Below are positions 11,096-25,900 of a DNA stretch of 64,000 bases, one piece after another. The notes under the pieces were generated by a model. That model was not told the origin of the DNA. It saw only the letters and a program-made list of their open reading frames with translations, and did not search any database. Location of the stretch: assembly GCA_964036045.1 (NCBI GenBank), contig OZ038378.1:180296001-180360000 (forward strand). Reading direction: 5' to 3'. The stretch's first letter is position 1; every line of letters starts with the position of its first letter. A program made the position numbers and the translations under genes. This DNA is from Eutreptiella sp. 'Long Island Sound 2002'. Lineage: Eukaryota; Protista; Euglenida.

Positions 11096-13574
11096 CCAGT
11101 GTGTCCCTTGTTGCTGTACGCTGAGGTCGGGCGACCAGGGGATCGCACTGGGAGAGGGCTTGGGTTCAATCTACTTCACAGAACTGCAAGTAACAACGAC
11201 TGGTAGAAGGTCTATGTGAAACTGCTACCCTCCACCTCAAAGTTTGATTCGTCCCAGTCTGCCTAGCCCCATGGCACAGATTTGCCAGCATAATCTTCCC
11301 GACAAATCCATCTCTCCACATGTCCTCACTGATCATCAGCCGAGCCCCCACGTGTCCTCACTGATCGTCAGCCGAGCCCCCGTCAGTTGGCCTCCTAACG
11401 GCGAAGCTGACCGTGGTCAATGACCTTTAACTGCCGTCAGTCAATCTCAAATTTCTTTTGTCGTCGCAGACAAGTTCAAAAACCTCCGTTTTTTTTCCGT
11501 TTTTGTGCCCAGATTCGAAATTTAGTACCTGCCTGCACCCAGATATCAGCTCCTCCCGAGCTCCTTTTACTCTTTCACACAGTACCCCAATAAGCGACTG
11601 AGGGATGCTCTATGGTTGACACTTGCGAGTATTTCACACACTGTACCTTAACGTCACTATTGTAGAAAAAATTTTAGGGCGGCGGATTTTGCAGAGCGTA
11701 GCCACGAATAGCCACACACAGTACACAGCCGTGCAGAGCCACAAAAATCCAGGCAAAACTGCACACCACACACCACAAACAGCCAGACCCACAGCTGCAG
11801 AGCCGCAGACAGCTACAGACAGCTACACAAAGCCAGACGGATTCCCACACCGCACATCGCCGTAGAGAGCCACAACCACCATAGGGTCACACACAGCCTC
11901 ACAGGGCCGCACACAGCTGCATAGAGCTACAGAGCCACACAGACCAGCAAGACAGAGGCACACATGTACTCACACATCCTCAAAGAGCCACACAGACTCA
12001 GCATTCATTGTGCACATTCAGCCGCAGCAAGAACAGAAAGCATGTAAAAGCAGCGAACGTACAGCAGCAGGCACGCAGTAGCAAACAAACGACCCGATGC
12101 AACGGCAGCGCAAACAAAGTGATTTTGTCATAAATACTTCAATTTACAACCATGAATCAGTTTTACACCTGACCCCCACCCCTCCTGGAGCAGAAAGGTG
12201 TCCGCCACACTAAGCAATAGCCTGGTGTGGCTGTGTGTGGCTCTGTGTGGCTGTGCCCAGCTTAGGCGTTGTGGCTCTCTGCCAAGTATAGCCTCCTCCT
12301 GCTCCTCCTCCCTCTCTGTGGTTGTGTGTGGCTGTGTGTGGGTCTGCCTGTTGCTGCGTGTAGCTTTGTGACTGTGTCCAGCTACATGTGGCCCTGGATG
12401 GGTGTGGCAAAGGCATTTTTCATTGATTCTGGGAGGAACGGACCCACCCCTCACCCCGGGGGGTTGGAGGTGGGGTTTTCCTGGGTGCTGGCTTTCGTGG
12501 CCTAGGGACTGCGGGTCATTGAAATAGTATATGTCATGTGTTGGCTGTCGTGCTGGGCACACTGAATCATATGACATGACACTGGCTCGAGTGCAAGCCA
12601 TCACATCTCCCGCAGGATCACAATCATCACCATCATCATCACCATCTTCACACAAACAGGATACGCCACAATCAACCTTAGGCCTAATGTGGCTACCTCA
12701 GTGAAGGAGTTGGCGTGTGCACGGCCAAAGGTGGAATGGATACCGTTCCAGTTCCCTTAAATAAATTTCATGCGAAAGGAGACTGTGGGATGTCATGTGG
12801 GAGACTTTGGGGTTTTGGGAAGGTCACTTGGTTTTTTGGTGGGAGGTGGTGTGGGTTGTGGGTGGGTTGTAAGTGTGGCATGGTCACAAAAGAATGCCAT
12901 GGAGCACATTTAAATGATCAACCGTCACACATGGTGCAACTTTCGCAAACCCACGAGCTGTGCCAAGGCACTTGAGCTCGCTGAAATGACGTTTCGCAGC
13001 TAAGATTCATTTCGCTCCCTGTTTGTTGCCAATATCTTGGGAATATGGGTGTTGCCATGGCGATTTGGCGGGAGCATTCCCTCGTTGAGAAATTTGAGAC
13101 TGCCATATCAGTAAAAAGAAGCGCTATATGGTAACATTTCTTGTGCAAGAAGTGTTGGGGAGGGTTCCGAATTACAGCCAAGGTGGGCCAGCGGTGCATA
13201 AGTATACCCCCCCCCCCCAAGGGGAATGGGAGTGGGGGTCATCTCTAGCCCCTGAGGCCTCTGAACCACGCTGCCCCCCCGGGGGGTTACTAAGCAATCG
13301 CCTGAGCTACACCCAGTCACACACAGCCACACAGAGCCACACAGAGCCACACAGCGCCACACAGACCAGCCTCGAAGAGCCACACAGAGGCACAAGGACC
13401 TACACACAGCTGCACAACCGCACACAGCTAGGCAGACCCAGTGCCCAGTGCAGACTCACATTGAGCCACGCAGCGCCACTCCGAGCCATGCACGGCCACG
13501 CAGTGCCACACAGAACCACGACCACCACCAAGGAATACGACACCACACACAGCTATATACACACATGATGATAA

Positions 13575-13667
13575 CCATGACACTAACACCAGCACCACCA
13601 GCACCACCAGCACCACCAGCAACACTAGCACCACCAACAGCAACAGCAACAGCAACAGCAGCAGCAG
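13575..13667. repeat. (CACCAGCAC)n/(CAGCAA)n microsatellite
   Basis: Direct inspection; it ends ~50 bp upstream of the acceptor at 13719. Confidence 0.85.
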
Positions 13668-13719
13668 TTTCGAAGAATTTCTAAGGCACCTGGTTCCTTT
13701 GGCTTCTCCTGTTTTACAG

Positions 13720-13945
13720 GCCTACCTGAATTGGCATGGGCAAGGTAGTGGCTCAGATCTCGGGTATCAAATTTACAGGCCAATTCTCTGGCTCGACAGA
13801 GGGGATCACTTGCCGGCTGTTGGTGAATACATCGCCACAGGCCCCGCGCAAGCCATATCCAAGGCGCAGTGGACGGAATGGCATTTCGACCGACTGATCA
13901 CGGGGCTGACAGGACGAGTGTGGGTGGGCCTTCAATCGTATTCAG
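13720..13945 (+). CDS. Host gene exon 1 (first found; AYLNWHG...GLQSYS)
   Basis: Acceptor ctcctgttttacag|, donor TCAG|gtgtca; phase 0 to 1. Confidence 0.65.
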
Positions 13946-16900
13946 GTGTCATTTTTCCTTCAGCCTCCATGGGGTTAAAGCCCACGCCGCACCTCACAGG
14001 CTCACAGCCCTGCAACCTTACAGCCCGACATCCGCACACCCTCTCAGCTTCACACACGAACCCCCAACCGCACAGTCCCACAGCTGCACACATAAGCGCA
14101 TGGCCCCATGGCCCCATCCCCAGCTCGATGTGCCCATATGGGTGTGGGTGTGTAGCTCCTTGTCCCCGTGGATGGAAAGGTGTCAATGGCTTCACGTGCC
14201 TGTGGGGGCGTGAGTGTGTGCGCGTGAGAATGGCTCGTTGTGCATGTTATTTTGCACAGTTTCATGCAACACAGCCCGATGGCCTCCGGGGCCCACATCC
14301 CAACAGCCCCACACCTTCAGCCCCACTGCCCACAGCCTCACGCAACGCACGCGCCTCTGCTTCAGGAAATATGGGCTGGCTGTTTCCAACGTTCCGGGAC
14401 TACCCTGGAAACTTTTGGGTGGCATACGTCAACACGTGGCAAACCCCCAGCAGTGATCTGCAGACCTTTGTGACCTCGTTTGGTCCGCCACAGATGTATG
14501 CCCGCACCGTTTTCAATTGCACTCGTCAGCTCCAATGCTCAGGTGTGTGCCGATGCTGTGCTCAGGTGTACAAAATTAGTAGACCATGCAAACATTTGGT
14601 ACGGTGACCAGAAGGTGGGTGAGAAATTTGCATGCTCGCAGCATTGAAGATGCATCCTTGGGTGAATGCGTGGCAGGAAGCACAATCCATTCCGGTATCC
14701 TGTCACGTCTTTCGTTGTGCCTGAAAGCGGCAAGAGGAACCAGTGGATGAGTCGTGCTGGCCCCTTCGTTGGCAAAGCAAACAGCAGACTTTATGACATG
14801 TGCGGATTTTTTGTCACCCGCTCCCTTGCTGCACAGCAGTGATCAGGTCCATTCGCATGGCCATCTTCAGCGGACATGCAGCGGCATCTGCGGTTGGTGG
14901 TGCTTAAGGCAGGCCGACAGCAGCAAGCGATTCAGCATAGATCTGGGGCGACGGCACTTTAATGTTGAACGCTCGCTGTATTATTTTGCGGAGCCCCACA
15001 GAGTTCTCCGCCATTCCCTTCTCTGAACCATTCATTCTCTTTGTTTCATCCTGTGTGGTCTGGCTATGTGTGGCCTGGCCCCCGGTCTGGCACACAGGCG
15101 TCACCTTGTGGGCTTCACCAACCCCCGGCCGCACGGCTATATACGCCAGGGTCCCAGGTCCGGCCGAGGCTCTCATGGCCTGACGGGAGGTGAGTGCTGG
15201 TCAGGTGACCTGAGGACCCGGGTCAAGGCGAACGACCCGTCGGTCCTCCGGGACTGTGGTAAACCCGAACGCGTCAAAGGGTCAGGTTTGAGTGGCGGCC
15301 GTGCCGTTGGCAGTCGTGGGATGATCCGGGGCAAGTACAGCACCTGGGGGACGGCAGCCCCATCTTGTGTCTGACCGCGGCGCCTAGTGACTGACGATGA
15401 AGAGAGCGACCATAACAAACACATGGGGACACCCACGGCCATGAGGGAGACACAACCTCACGCCATGATGAGTTAGAGCCGGTGCCCCCTCTCCAAGGGG
15501 GCTTCGGTTGTTTGGAGTGGGGGTGGGCGAGCGTCATAAACTGAGCTGCCAGCCCCCCCCCCCCCCGACCCACCCGCTTCCGTGGGCTAAGCCTGCGGCC
15601 CTGTTCCTTTCCCTGGCTGCCCGCCCCAATGGTACGTTTAACTAACGGGACGGGGCGCGAAGTGTTGCTACCAACCCTCTCCAAGGACGTTCATCACTGC
15701 TCTTGACCTCTCGCTCTACCCCCCCCCCCCCCCGGCCCCCCTTCCAATGTGCCCCTGCCCAGCATTCCCCTCCCCTCCCCCCTCCTCAAGTGGGATCCAG
15801 ATGTGCAGTCTGCTTTATCAGCACCATTACTTTGCTGCGTCTCAGGCAACGGCGAGTGTGTGGACGGCAAATGCATCTGTGACCACGGTTGGTCGGGAAC
15901 CACCTGCGATTCCTGGCTGCTCAGCCCCCCGTATTTCGGAAGCGCCACTGGCCCTGTGCCTCCGGGCATCCCCATTGAGATCAAGCACGACTGGGACTGC
16001 CCGTACAAGTGCTACACCACCGACGGTACGGCTCCCGTATGCGGGGATTGGTACAGCTGTAACGTATGTGCTCTCGTGCCCGCGACGGGGGCGCCGGGGG
16101 TTTCCATGAGGGATTTATTTTGCTTGTTTTCTTTGAGTGACGGCAAGTCTGGACACAAATGATTTGGTGGTTGGCTGCTGGCCACCGCCGGTGGTTGATG
16201 GTTAACCGCTGGCGGTTGCGGGTGAACCCGGGGTTTGTTGGTGAACCTCCGCCCGCCGGCGTTTGGCGGTCAAGTGACGGGTGATTGTCAGTAAAACGGG
16301 GCTCAAGTCCAATGACATACCGCCCAAAAGGACCAAAATCTCGAACACATCATTAGTTCAGCATGTGGGTCGAGGGTGTTTCAAAAGCCGTTTTTTCCGA
16401 ATGTACCCCAGATGTGAGAATCAATTTGATGTAGTGAGGTGGCGTGTTGCTGACGCTGCCCTCTGTGTTGCTGATGATGAACGCTGAAGTCCAGAAGTCC
16501 TCAAGGCACATTTGTACAGGAGGTGGGGTGGGGGGGCGGGTTTGCAGCCCCAAAAACGGGCAAACATCAATTGTACAGAATGGCTATGCAGTTAATAGCC
16601 TGTTTTAAGCATTGTTACATGTTTGATCGCATCAGTTGTAGGAATTTGTCTTGTCTGCCTCACCAAGCCCATTGCCCTCTCCATCAATTCATCAATTGAG
16701 AGGCCAGATATCACAGACTGGCTCGAGGCTGGATCTATGGAGAGCACAAGAAATTCCAGGCACCCACCACCCATAGACCTGAGAGTATCATAAATAATCA
16801 GCATTTGACAATGAATGGAGGACTGAATTGGCACTGGCTGGTGGGGTACCATCGTACAACTGGTGTCCAGTGTGACCCACGGGAGGCACATGACGGACAT

Positions 16901-19900
16901 TGGTTGTTTTCCTTCTTTTCTTTGCGCTGACAGCCTGTTGCACAGAGGAGGGGGCCCTGCACGCCACAGTTTGTCACATTTTAATCTATTTTGTGTTTTG
17001 GCAGGACTTTGCTCCATGACCACCCAAAGGGGGAAAGGGTCAGTGACATCTTCCTGCACCCTAAGTGTACTGCAGGGGGGTATAGGGGTGGGTATATTCA
17101 GAAAGTGTACATTTGGGTATGCGAGGCCATGAACCAAGGTCCTCAGAACTATCTTCGTTGTGGCCTACTTCGTTAGGGGGAAGGGAGGGGGCAGTCCGAT
17201 GATGGAAAGTGAGGGCTCTCAGGCAGTTTTTCAGGAAATTTTTGATAGCACAACTTCTGATTTTGACCACTCACGTCAAGAAAAATGGCGCGAAATTTCT
17301 GTGACTCAAGCTAAAAGGTCCCAACAATTGCCCGAATTCATGCCCATTGTGTGCCTGCTCGAAGTAAGGGACACGTATGTGTCCTTCATGCAAGAAGCTC
17401 CCCATGTTGGTTGTGCATAACGTCCAATTATTGTTGATAACCGGGTTTTCGAATTAAGTTGTAAAACTGGTTCAGAACCTTACATAGGTATTGGAAAGGT
17501 GCAGGGAAATGCTGCCATCATTTGCCATCAGGAGCGCTTCTTCCATTCCTCAGACCAAGGGCTACTATTGTTATGACAGTGTCTAACGAGGCCTCCTCAA
17601 GGGGCGCCAATAACATATCCCCCTCCCCCACCCCGTTTTTCGCCATATATACCCTCTGGTCTTCACCCCTCGCTCCCACCTCACGTGGCTCTTTGAAGAT
17701 GGATCCCATATTTGGCTGGGCCCTAGCTTCCCTTGCCGCTCAGGGACTACACTGGGCTAAGGCCACATGTTGGGGCATCACAGATGGTCTGAGATCTTTT
17801 TTGGAAAATGCTTTTTGGACCCCAAGTGGCAAACCAAAAAGCCCACAATAAGAGGGCGCCAACGGCACTGGAAAATGTTTTTGGTGGGGCAACTGAAGCC
17901 CCCTGCTCCATTTTTGTTCGGCCCTGTCTCAAATGTTCAGTGCAACGTGGTGATCATCGAGGTGCCCCCCAGGCGAACGGAAATTGTTTTTGGAGGAGGT
18001 ACCCTCCCCCCCCTAAAGCCCCCCCCCCCTCCCATCACCCCCTTTCTAATTCTTGTCTGAAGCTGAGTTTGCGTGGTTGTGACAAATGTGTTGGTGCTTT
18101 GTTGCTTGCTGAGGAGGTTGTTGAACTCAGATTGTGTTGCCTTTTGCATTCCTCGTGTCGTCGAACAGTGAAAAAATATGAGTCTTCTGTACAGTGCTGT
18201 ACTTCCTCTTGCCTACCACAACGCTGCCCCAACGCCGTTTCAACCGATAGCTGGTGGATGGGTCGCAGCAGAAGCCATCACCCGGGATCAGAGGAAGCCT
18301 GCAGGAGGTTCCTCTTGTCCCAGATCTGCCATTGTGTTGCAGGTTGGGGCCTTGTACGAAACGCCGTTCCTCATCACGAAGAGCACGGACATCTCCGCAG
18401 TCGCATGCGCCGGCCTGGGGATCCAGAGTGACCTGCTGTCCGGGAACTTCATCCCCCTGCCGACGTACCCCTGCGAGCAAGATCAGTTGGTGGTCATTGA
18501 AATGGAGAGCAGTGTGGACGTATGTGGCTCAGGGTCTGGGTCTGGTGTCTCGGCATCAGGAGGTGATGAGGGACACTCATGGGTTTGGCGGACAGCGGTT
18601 GGCGGCTGCCCTGCAGCGATTCGTAATCGATCGACAGTTTGAGGGCCAGCCGCAGACGGGAAACGGTGCGCTTGACTGACCCCCCCCCCCCCCAACAGAA
18701 AACTGGCTGGATATGCAGCACACCACTGCTGTGCGGCACTTGGTGATCCGAAACCCCCTGGCCCTGTGTTACCACTTCCCACTCTTTCCTGTGACCACCT
18801 GCCAGAGTCCCATTTGAGACCCACCCCCCTGGAAGGCAGCTGCTGAGTACAGCACAGCAGGGAGGACTTGTGTTCTGCCTGCCTCCCAATGCTGACCCGC
18901 AGGCTTGGGCTCCGTATAGAAGTCTACTGCAGAGTACTACAGTGACCTTCTGGCCTCTGCCTTCCCTGGGCTGGACACTTTGCCTCTGTGTGGTCTCCCG
19001 CACCCGTGCCTGTTGCCCCTAGCTCCTGATACCACCAGCCACGTCCCGTGACCTAACGGCACCTACTTTTATGTTAGCTCACTTTGGTCTGCTGCTGCAA
19101 CACCCAACCCATACCAGACCACACTGCACCATGCCACGCCATGCTACATCACGCCAACGGAACAGTGTTGTCGCAGCACTCTTTTTCCTCCTTGGTTTCC
19201 TATGTGCTATGTTGGATGCAATGTGTGGTGGCATTGTGTGGTGCTGTTTGGTGTGGATTGTTGTTGTTTTTTCTGGGGGCACTTGGCACTACCGTTGTTG
19301 TTGTTTCACTGACGGCAGTTGGTGGTTTACCGACTGCAGCCGATGTCTAACCGATAGGAACGGATGGGTTGCCAACACCAAATTAATGGATAATTGACGG
19401 CAACTCGCAACTGACCCCCAGCGGTTCTTGCTTCAGCAATAGCCGTTGTTAGTGTTTGTCCTAGTTTCTCTCATAAGTGGGTGAATCATCGGTTGCTTTT
19501 CTGAATTTGACGAACGGCCACCGGGGGTCAATCTAAGGATGAGAATACAGTTGCATCAGGTGGGCTTGTTTCTTTTGTCACTGTCTTGCTCCTTGGGGAT
19601 GATGAGATGTAGGTGTGGGTATGTGGCAGAGGGCTAGATACGCGCACGCGCGCGCACACACACATTTTATGTCCCCTTCTCTATTGGACGGCAGATTGCT
19701 GTGGTCCTGTTCCTCTTTTTCCGTTTTCTTCATTTTACATTTTGTTTCCTGTTCTTTTTTTCAGTTTCTGGTCAACAGCACCCCGGAAATATTATGAATA
19801 GAGACAATCCCGGAAGGAGCACAGGTGACTGTTCAGGCAGGGGTGACATGCCAACCATTTCTGTCCAAGCGGTTTGTACCCACCAGAAACTGCCCCCCAA

Positions 19901-22900
19901 TGTTGGAACGGTGACCCAGACTCCAACACTCCCCTCCCGACCCCCAGACCCTGGCCCATAGGGGGCCGCAGCTTTTTCGCCGACACCGTAGGGCCGACCA
20001 CACTATTACGGCTCGTTGGGTCTTTTGCGAGGTTCATTTATACGTCTGCCAGCATTTCCTTGCTCCCCCCCCCCCCCTCTTGTGGTGAGCGGTCAACGGT
20101 TTTTCACCCCGACTACTGTCGTCAAAACGCCCACAATCGAATGGGCATTTCAGATGTACAACAAAACAAAAAAATTTTCACCTCCCTCCCTCCGGACTCC
20201 CCCGCCCCCTTCAGGGGTTTTGGGGCTACACAGAAGAAGTGCACGGAGATGCCCCCCATGGCTCGCTCTCAAAAGATTGGGTTCTGTGACACAGCGCAGC
20301 AGTTTTTTTACAGTGTTTCCTGCTGTATTCGGCAGGTGGCAACGACGTACGTGGGCACGTACAGCGCCTATGCCAACTGCCAATACCAGTTTGGCACCGC
20401 TGCGGACGCCGGGAGAACGGTGTCCATGCGGTTTGAGGAGTTCCTCGTGGACCTGACGGGGGGCGACAACCTCACGGTGTACCAGCGCTGGGGCCTCCCG
20501 GGCGCCCCCGCACCACTCGAGTATCACATCTTCAGCATGCCTCAAAAAACTGACGGGCCTGTGGAGGACGCTCTAGAGCTGCCGCTCAGGCTGGAGTTCC
20601 GGAGCAACGACTGGGATCACAGGTATGTCATGAGGCTCGTGTGTACTGTTGCTGAGCTCAAAGGTGTCCCAAGCCCACAGCCGACTCCAAGGCAGCGTTT
20701 CGTATAAAGGACAAGACTTTTCTTTGTCCGAAGTTAAAATAAGTGCAGCCATGCGGTTTGCCGGTTGCTGCTGGCGGTAAAAGTTAACTGCCGCATTTTG
20801 TTGAGGTCAACTGACGTTTGGTGCTGATCAACCGTCGGCAGTTGGCGTAGCAAGGATGCTGGAACGCCTGAAGCAACTGCCCACCCTGTAGCCAAGCCTG
20901 CGCCCGTGGGTACAGCATTTGCAGCACTTGAGTGCCCTTCTGTACCCCCATGCTTTCTCTAGCAGGGCTGGGGTGTACTCCGGAGCACATGTACCTCCTT
21001 TGCAGTACATCCTACCTCCTTTACTTCCTGCTTGCCTGTGGACACCCACACTCGAGGTTTGGCACTGGGTGAGGAAGGGCGGGAAAGGGGTGGGGATGCG
21101 ATGGTGAACACAGTGCTTTTGGTTCCAGATAAAAGCAATGTTCTGCAGCTGGTGGCTTGCAAACATTCTGGACTCCTCAGGCGGCTGCAAAAGCCCCTCA
21201 CAATCCTCTGCCTGGGAATCTAAGGGGTGCAATCCCCCCCTGTGCTTGGAGCACGCCAGCAATGTGGATGGATGTACGCGCCCCGGACTGGAGCTACTAC
21301 CCTGTACCAATACCACCACAAAAGAAGCCTGCAGCATCACCACGTTTCATACGCCGTGCAAATCCCTGGCAACCTCACGCCTTAATGTGTTAAAAAGGGT
21401 GCTGGAGCACACAGCACATTGGGGTTTCGGTGGTGGCAGTGATGCTGTTGAATGAAATTTGGTTTGTGGAGGACCCCATGCCCCAGGGTTCAACCTCCAA
21501 TCCCCTGCTCCCAGGGTCCAACAGCAAAATCCTCATGGGAAACATCAAATTGTATGCTGAAAATGACTTTTGGGCCATTTTGTTTGAGTTTTGGTGGTCT
21601 TCATGTGCAGGGGCTCCGAGATCTGCAACGGGGGAGGGGGGTATCGAGGCCCCCGACCGCAGGATATGGAGAAATTTCTATTTAAAACATGCCTGAACAT
21701 GCCTGAACATGCCTGAACATGCTTCCCAACACAACTCTCCACCGCTATGCATGCCTAAAGCAACAGAGAGAATCGTCTGTTAAAATGCGGACATGGGATG
21801 ATCCCCACTACATCACGCAGCTGTAGCTTTCCCAGGCACCTTGGCCACCTTGGAGTTGGCTAACCGTGCACTGGCAATCACTGGCAATCACCTGTCACAT
21901 TTTTTCCGCATTTTTTGATCTGTGGTTGTATCGCATTCGCGTCGTAGTGTGACGTACTGAAGGCATGAAGAGGATGTCGCAGAGGTAGAATGCCAGCGTC
22001 ACACCCCTTCTATGACCTGAATGCTGTGGGCTGCGCTGGGAGGAGAAAGAAGTGTTCTTTTGCTGCTCAGGCGTTCTGGGCAGATGTGCAGTACTGATGT
22101 ATGATGCCACCCCAGCCACGGGGGGGAAGCTCCCCCTTCTTACCCTGGGTGATTTCAACGTCTGGCTTTGATCGACCAGCAAGTCCCACAGCAGTTCCTG
22201 CAAGGGTGGGCTGGTTGTGGCTTCTTCCCAGCCAAAGGTGGCGAAACCCACCACCGCATCTCGGTCGGCACATATCCTGGACCCCTTCTCAGCCAACGCG
22301 GCAAAGCAATTTCCTTTTTCTCCATACGCACAGGGGTTGCACTGAGGGCACAACTGTTTTCTTTTGGTCAACGAGAGTATTTACTCGTTTTGTTGGCGGG
22401 CGGTTGACTTCCTGTGGTTGATGGCGCATCGGCAGTGTTTGGCGGTTGATTGACGTTTGTTGGTGGTCAACCCCCTGCAGTTTGCGCACCCCTGTCACGG
22501 GGCAAAACGACTTTTCAAAACGACTTTTTCCCCCTTCCAGTCAGGGAACGTGCCGGGAGGCGACACAGTTGGCGTTGGCGCAGCGGATGCGCTCCGCTCC
22601 GCTGTCACACTTTATTTGTCTAGCTCAATTGACGTCGAGTTTCCGGCCTCTTCAGCCTTTGTTTTTACCTGAGGATTTTTTTTTGGACGCGGGTGAGGAA
22701 GTGGGGCAACCAAGCCCCAGTTTGCCCTACAGCCCCCTACCTCTTTGCCCTGCCAATACCACCCCACACCCCGCAGGGATGGCTTCAAGATGACCCTTAC
22801 GTACTCGAATGGTGCCAGCGGGCCCTCTTGCGGCAATGGCGTCCAGCACCCGTACGAGGCCTGCGACGACGGCAACACCCACATCGGCGACGGCTGCAGC

Positions 22901-25900
22901 GCCCAGTGCGAGATCGAGCCCGGTTGGGTGTGCACCGGCTACGTCGGGGGGCAGTCCATCTGCCAGTACAATCCCCCATGCCCCCTCAACTGCCACAACG
23001 GGGGCAGCTGCCAAATGCTGGCAAACGGGCAGGCACTGTGCGTGTGCGCCGGGGGCTGGAAGGGCGCCAGCTGCGAGGTGGACATGGAGATGTGCCCGTG
23101 CGGGTTCTGCCGGGAGGAGTGCTGGGAGGGCGAGGGGGCGTACTGGCACTGCTGCACGCGCGACGGCACCTGTAGCGGCCACGGGGAGTGCCGCGCGGAG
23201 CCGTGGTCCTGCGACTGCGAGCCCCTGTACTCCGAGTGGAACTGCTCCGTCACGGCCACCCCAACCGCGACCCCGACGGTGTCCACCACCAGCACCGCCA
23301 CCGTCACCGCGCTGCCCACCCGGACGCTGACCCCGGGCCTGATCCCGTCGGGGACCCCAACAGGCACCGTGACGGCAACTGCCACCGAGACGGGCACGTG
23401 CACCGGTACGGGCTCCGACACTGCCACGACCAGCCCCGTAGCCTCGCGGACGGAGTCAAGCACGGGCACTGATCATGTCACCGTCAGCTGCACAGCTTCA
23501 GCCACGCTGACGTCCACCTCGTCGGGATCGGACATGGCCACGGTTTCAGCGTCCGCGAGCGCCACCGGCCCTCGCACAGGTATGGACGGTTTGGCGTTAG
23601 TGGCGTAGTGCGATGCACTGTGGTGTGGGGGTGCAGCGCAAGCAGTGCCGTGTGGGGCAGCGAGCGCTCCCGCGACCGGTTACGGCACAGTTCGCCAAAG
23701 CCAAGCCTGTGGCGGTGGGCCTGGGGCATCCAAGGACCCGCCCAAGGCAGGGAGAGAGGGCCAAAAGAAAAAAGCACCCCCCGTATCCCGGAGGGCTCGG
23801 TTCTGCACAGGCCTACGTCGTGCGGGTACCGTCCCACACACCAGCTCAACCCCTCACCACAATGAGCTGCACAGGCTGGAGAGGCTAGGGGACAGCACCA
23901 CACCACAGGGTTAGCAGAGCCACACACCCCCGACAATTTTTCGGGCCGGCCCAAGACCATCAACCAACGTTTACGACCTTTTTGAAATCAGAAATGGTCA
24001 ATTTTTTTTCATTGAATTGCAGACAAATGATGAGTTTTCCGGAATCTTTTGTTGCACCAACTCCAAAAATCCCACTCTCTCTTTTTCTGAATTTTGAGGT
24101 CCGGAGTCACCTCTGGGGGGGGGGCGGAAAAAAATTTCTTGCTGGGGGTCCTTTTCCCACCCACTACGGGGGGGGGGGTGTATTGCAACAAAAAAATCCT
24201 TGTGTGCAGCTTTTCTTTGGGAAAAAATGCTTGTGTAGTGAATTTCTGTCGTATGCACCCCCTTCTAATGTTACCACCCTCTTGCCCCATTCCCTTCCAC
24301 GCTTTCCTTCTGGCAGGCATGATGTTGCTAGGGGGTGCACTCTTTGCTATGGGTCCCCCCATAGGGGACCCTATCAGTCACAGAACAGGTTGGGAGGGGG
24401 TGCTGGCAGGGGGTGCAAGGCAAGGTGCAGTGTGGAGGTCAGGACGGGAAGCAAGCAAGTGACCCCGACTGGAAATCCCAGTGCCCGAGGAGCACTAGCC
24501 GCCGCACTCGCCTTACTACCAACACTAACCTGCGAGCACGCCGGGCACAGCTCCCCCTCGTGAGTGGCACAGAGCCTCGGCATCCCACAACTGAAGCAAT
24601 CCTTCGTGGCTTTCCTCCGACAACCCGAGATAGTACAGCGCTCTGGCCCATCAACGTCGCGGCTTTCCTCCAAACCCCAAAACGGAACGTGAACTCCGAC
24701 CGTATACAAGTAAGTGACGGGAATAGTGGCAATGCCCAAGAACAACACTCGTCTCCACCATGACGCCGGCTTGGAAAGAGGTGTACACCCCCCCCCCCCC
24801 CGCATGGACTAAGTCGCTGTACAAGACGAACAAGTCACCACGTCGCAGTGGGATGGGAATAGGGTCCCATGGACGGGGCAAACCCTCACGGCTATGTGGC
24901 AAGAAGACGGTGTTGGTCCCATCAACGGAATACAAGTCCTCGTCCAAGGCCGCAAAGACGGACACCACCCTCTTCCCATCGGGAACCTTCATCATGTCGC
25001 GATGGTAGGATTGCATTTCACGCCCCTTGGCACCTATTGCGGCCGCTTGGTACGCCTTGTGGTCCCCACTCCATGTGTTGTTGGGCAAGCCGAGAACGAG
25101 GTTTGTGAATGACATGAGGGCCTCACATTCATGGTATCCAACACCCGATCCTTGTACGTCAACATGAAGTCATAGGGCAAACATCCTTCTATTGCCCGAG
25201 TCCGGACCGCGGTGAACCCCCGGAAAGTCATTGAATACAGGATCCCAAGTGTTGCATGGTCGAGTTTCAAGGGCTTCCACGACCTTATCGAGCCGAAGGG
25301 TAGGCCTTTTTCCTCCACAACGTGTGAAGGTGGGTTAGGGCAAGCAACATGGTGTGCACTACGGTGTACACCTTTATTGCCCCATTTGGGGCCCCACAAT
25401 TGGGGTAGTATTCTTTGAGTAGGTCAACTACCCTTTGTTGTTAGGTCAAAGGTGTCCTTCTTTGTCGGACGCAAGGCCACACAGTCCGCTTGAGGGATGT
25501 TTTGTGAGGCTTGCATCAAGTCGCCCCACACATCCTTTAGGCAGCCAATCACTCCCCGACCGTCTCCTTCTTGCACCCAAGAGGAGACATCTTGTTGCAG
25601 CCTCTTTTGGGTTGCATTGCAAAGACGGGCGGTTGCATGGGCATAGTCCCCAACACGCCGGGGGGGCAGGATGGCCCGGAGGAAGGCCCCCCACCTCACT
25701 TGTTCATTGACCCCCTCTACCGGTTCCAAGCTGTCATGGTCGTCACACGACCAACACTTTCCGTCCGGGGAGTAGTTGGCGACCTTTATGCCCTTGCCGT
25801 CGCCCGTCATGCCCACCTCATACCCCAAAACCGTGCCGTCCTCCAAGGGCACATTGCAGTTTGACTGCAAATGTTCAATTTGGGCGTTAAGCCCTGCCTC

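Noticed and set aside
11028-12505. Candidate signal-peptide or first exons (11028-11219 ending ELQ|gtaaca; 12269-12505 'KYSLLLLLLPL')
   Set aside because: No convincing ATG or acceptor. The Leu run derives from a CTC microsatellite beside GTG/CA simple repeats.
13428-13655. Hydrophobic minus-strand ORF (LLLLVVLVLL...) as a membrane protein
   Set aside because: It is a translation of the CACCAGCAC/CAGCAA microsatellite.
15066-15380. GC-rich coding-looking stretch as an extra exon
   Set aside because: Exons 2 and 3 already join in phase to form an intact EGF module, and no phase-compatible GT-AG pair was evident.
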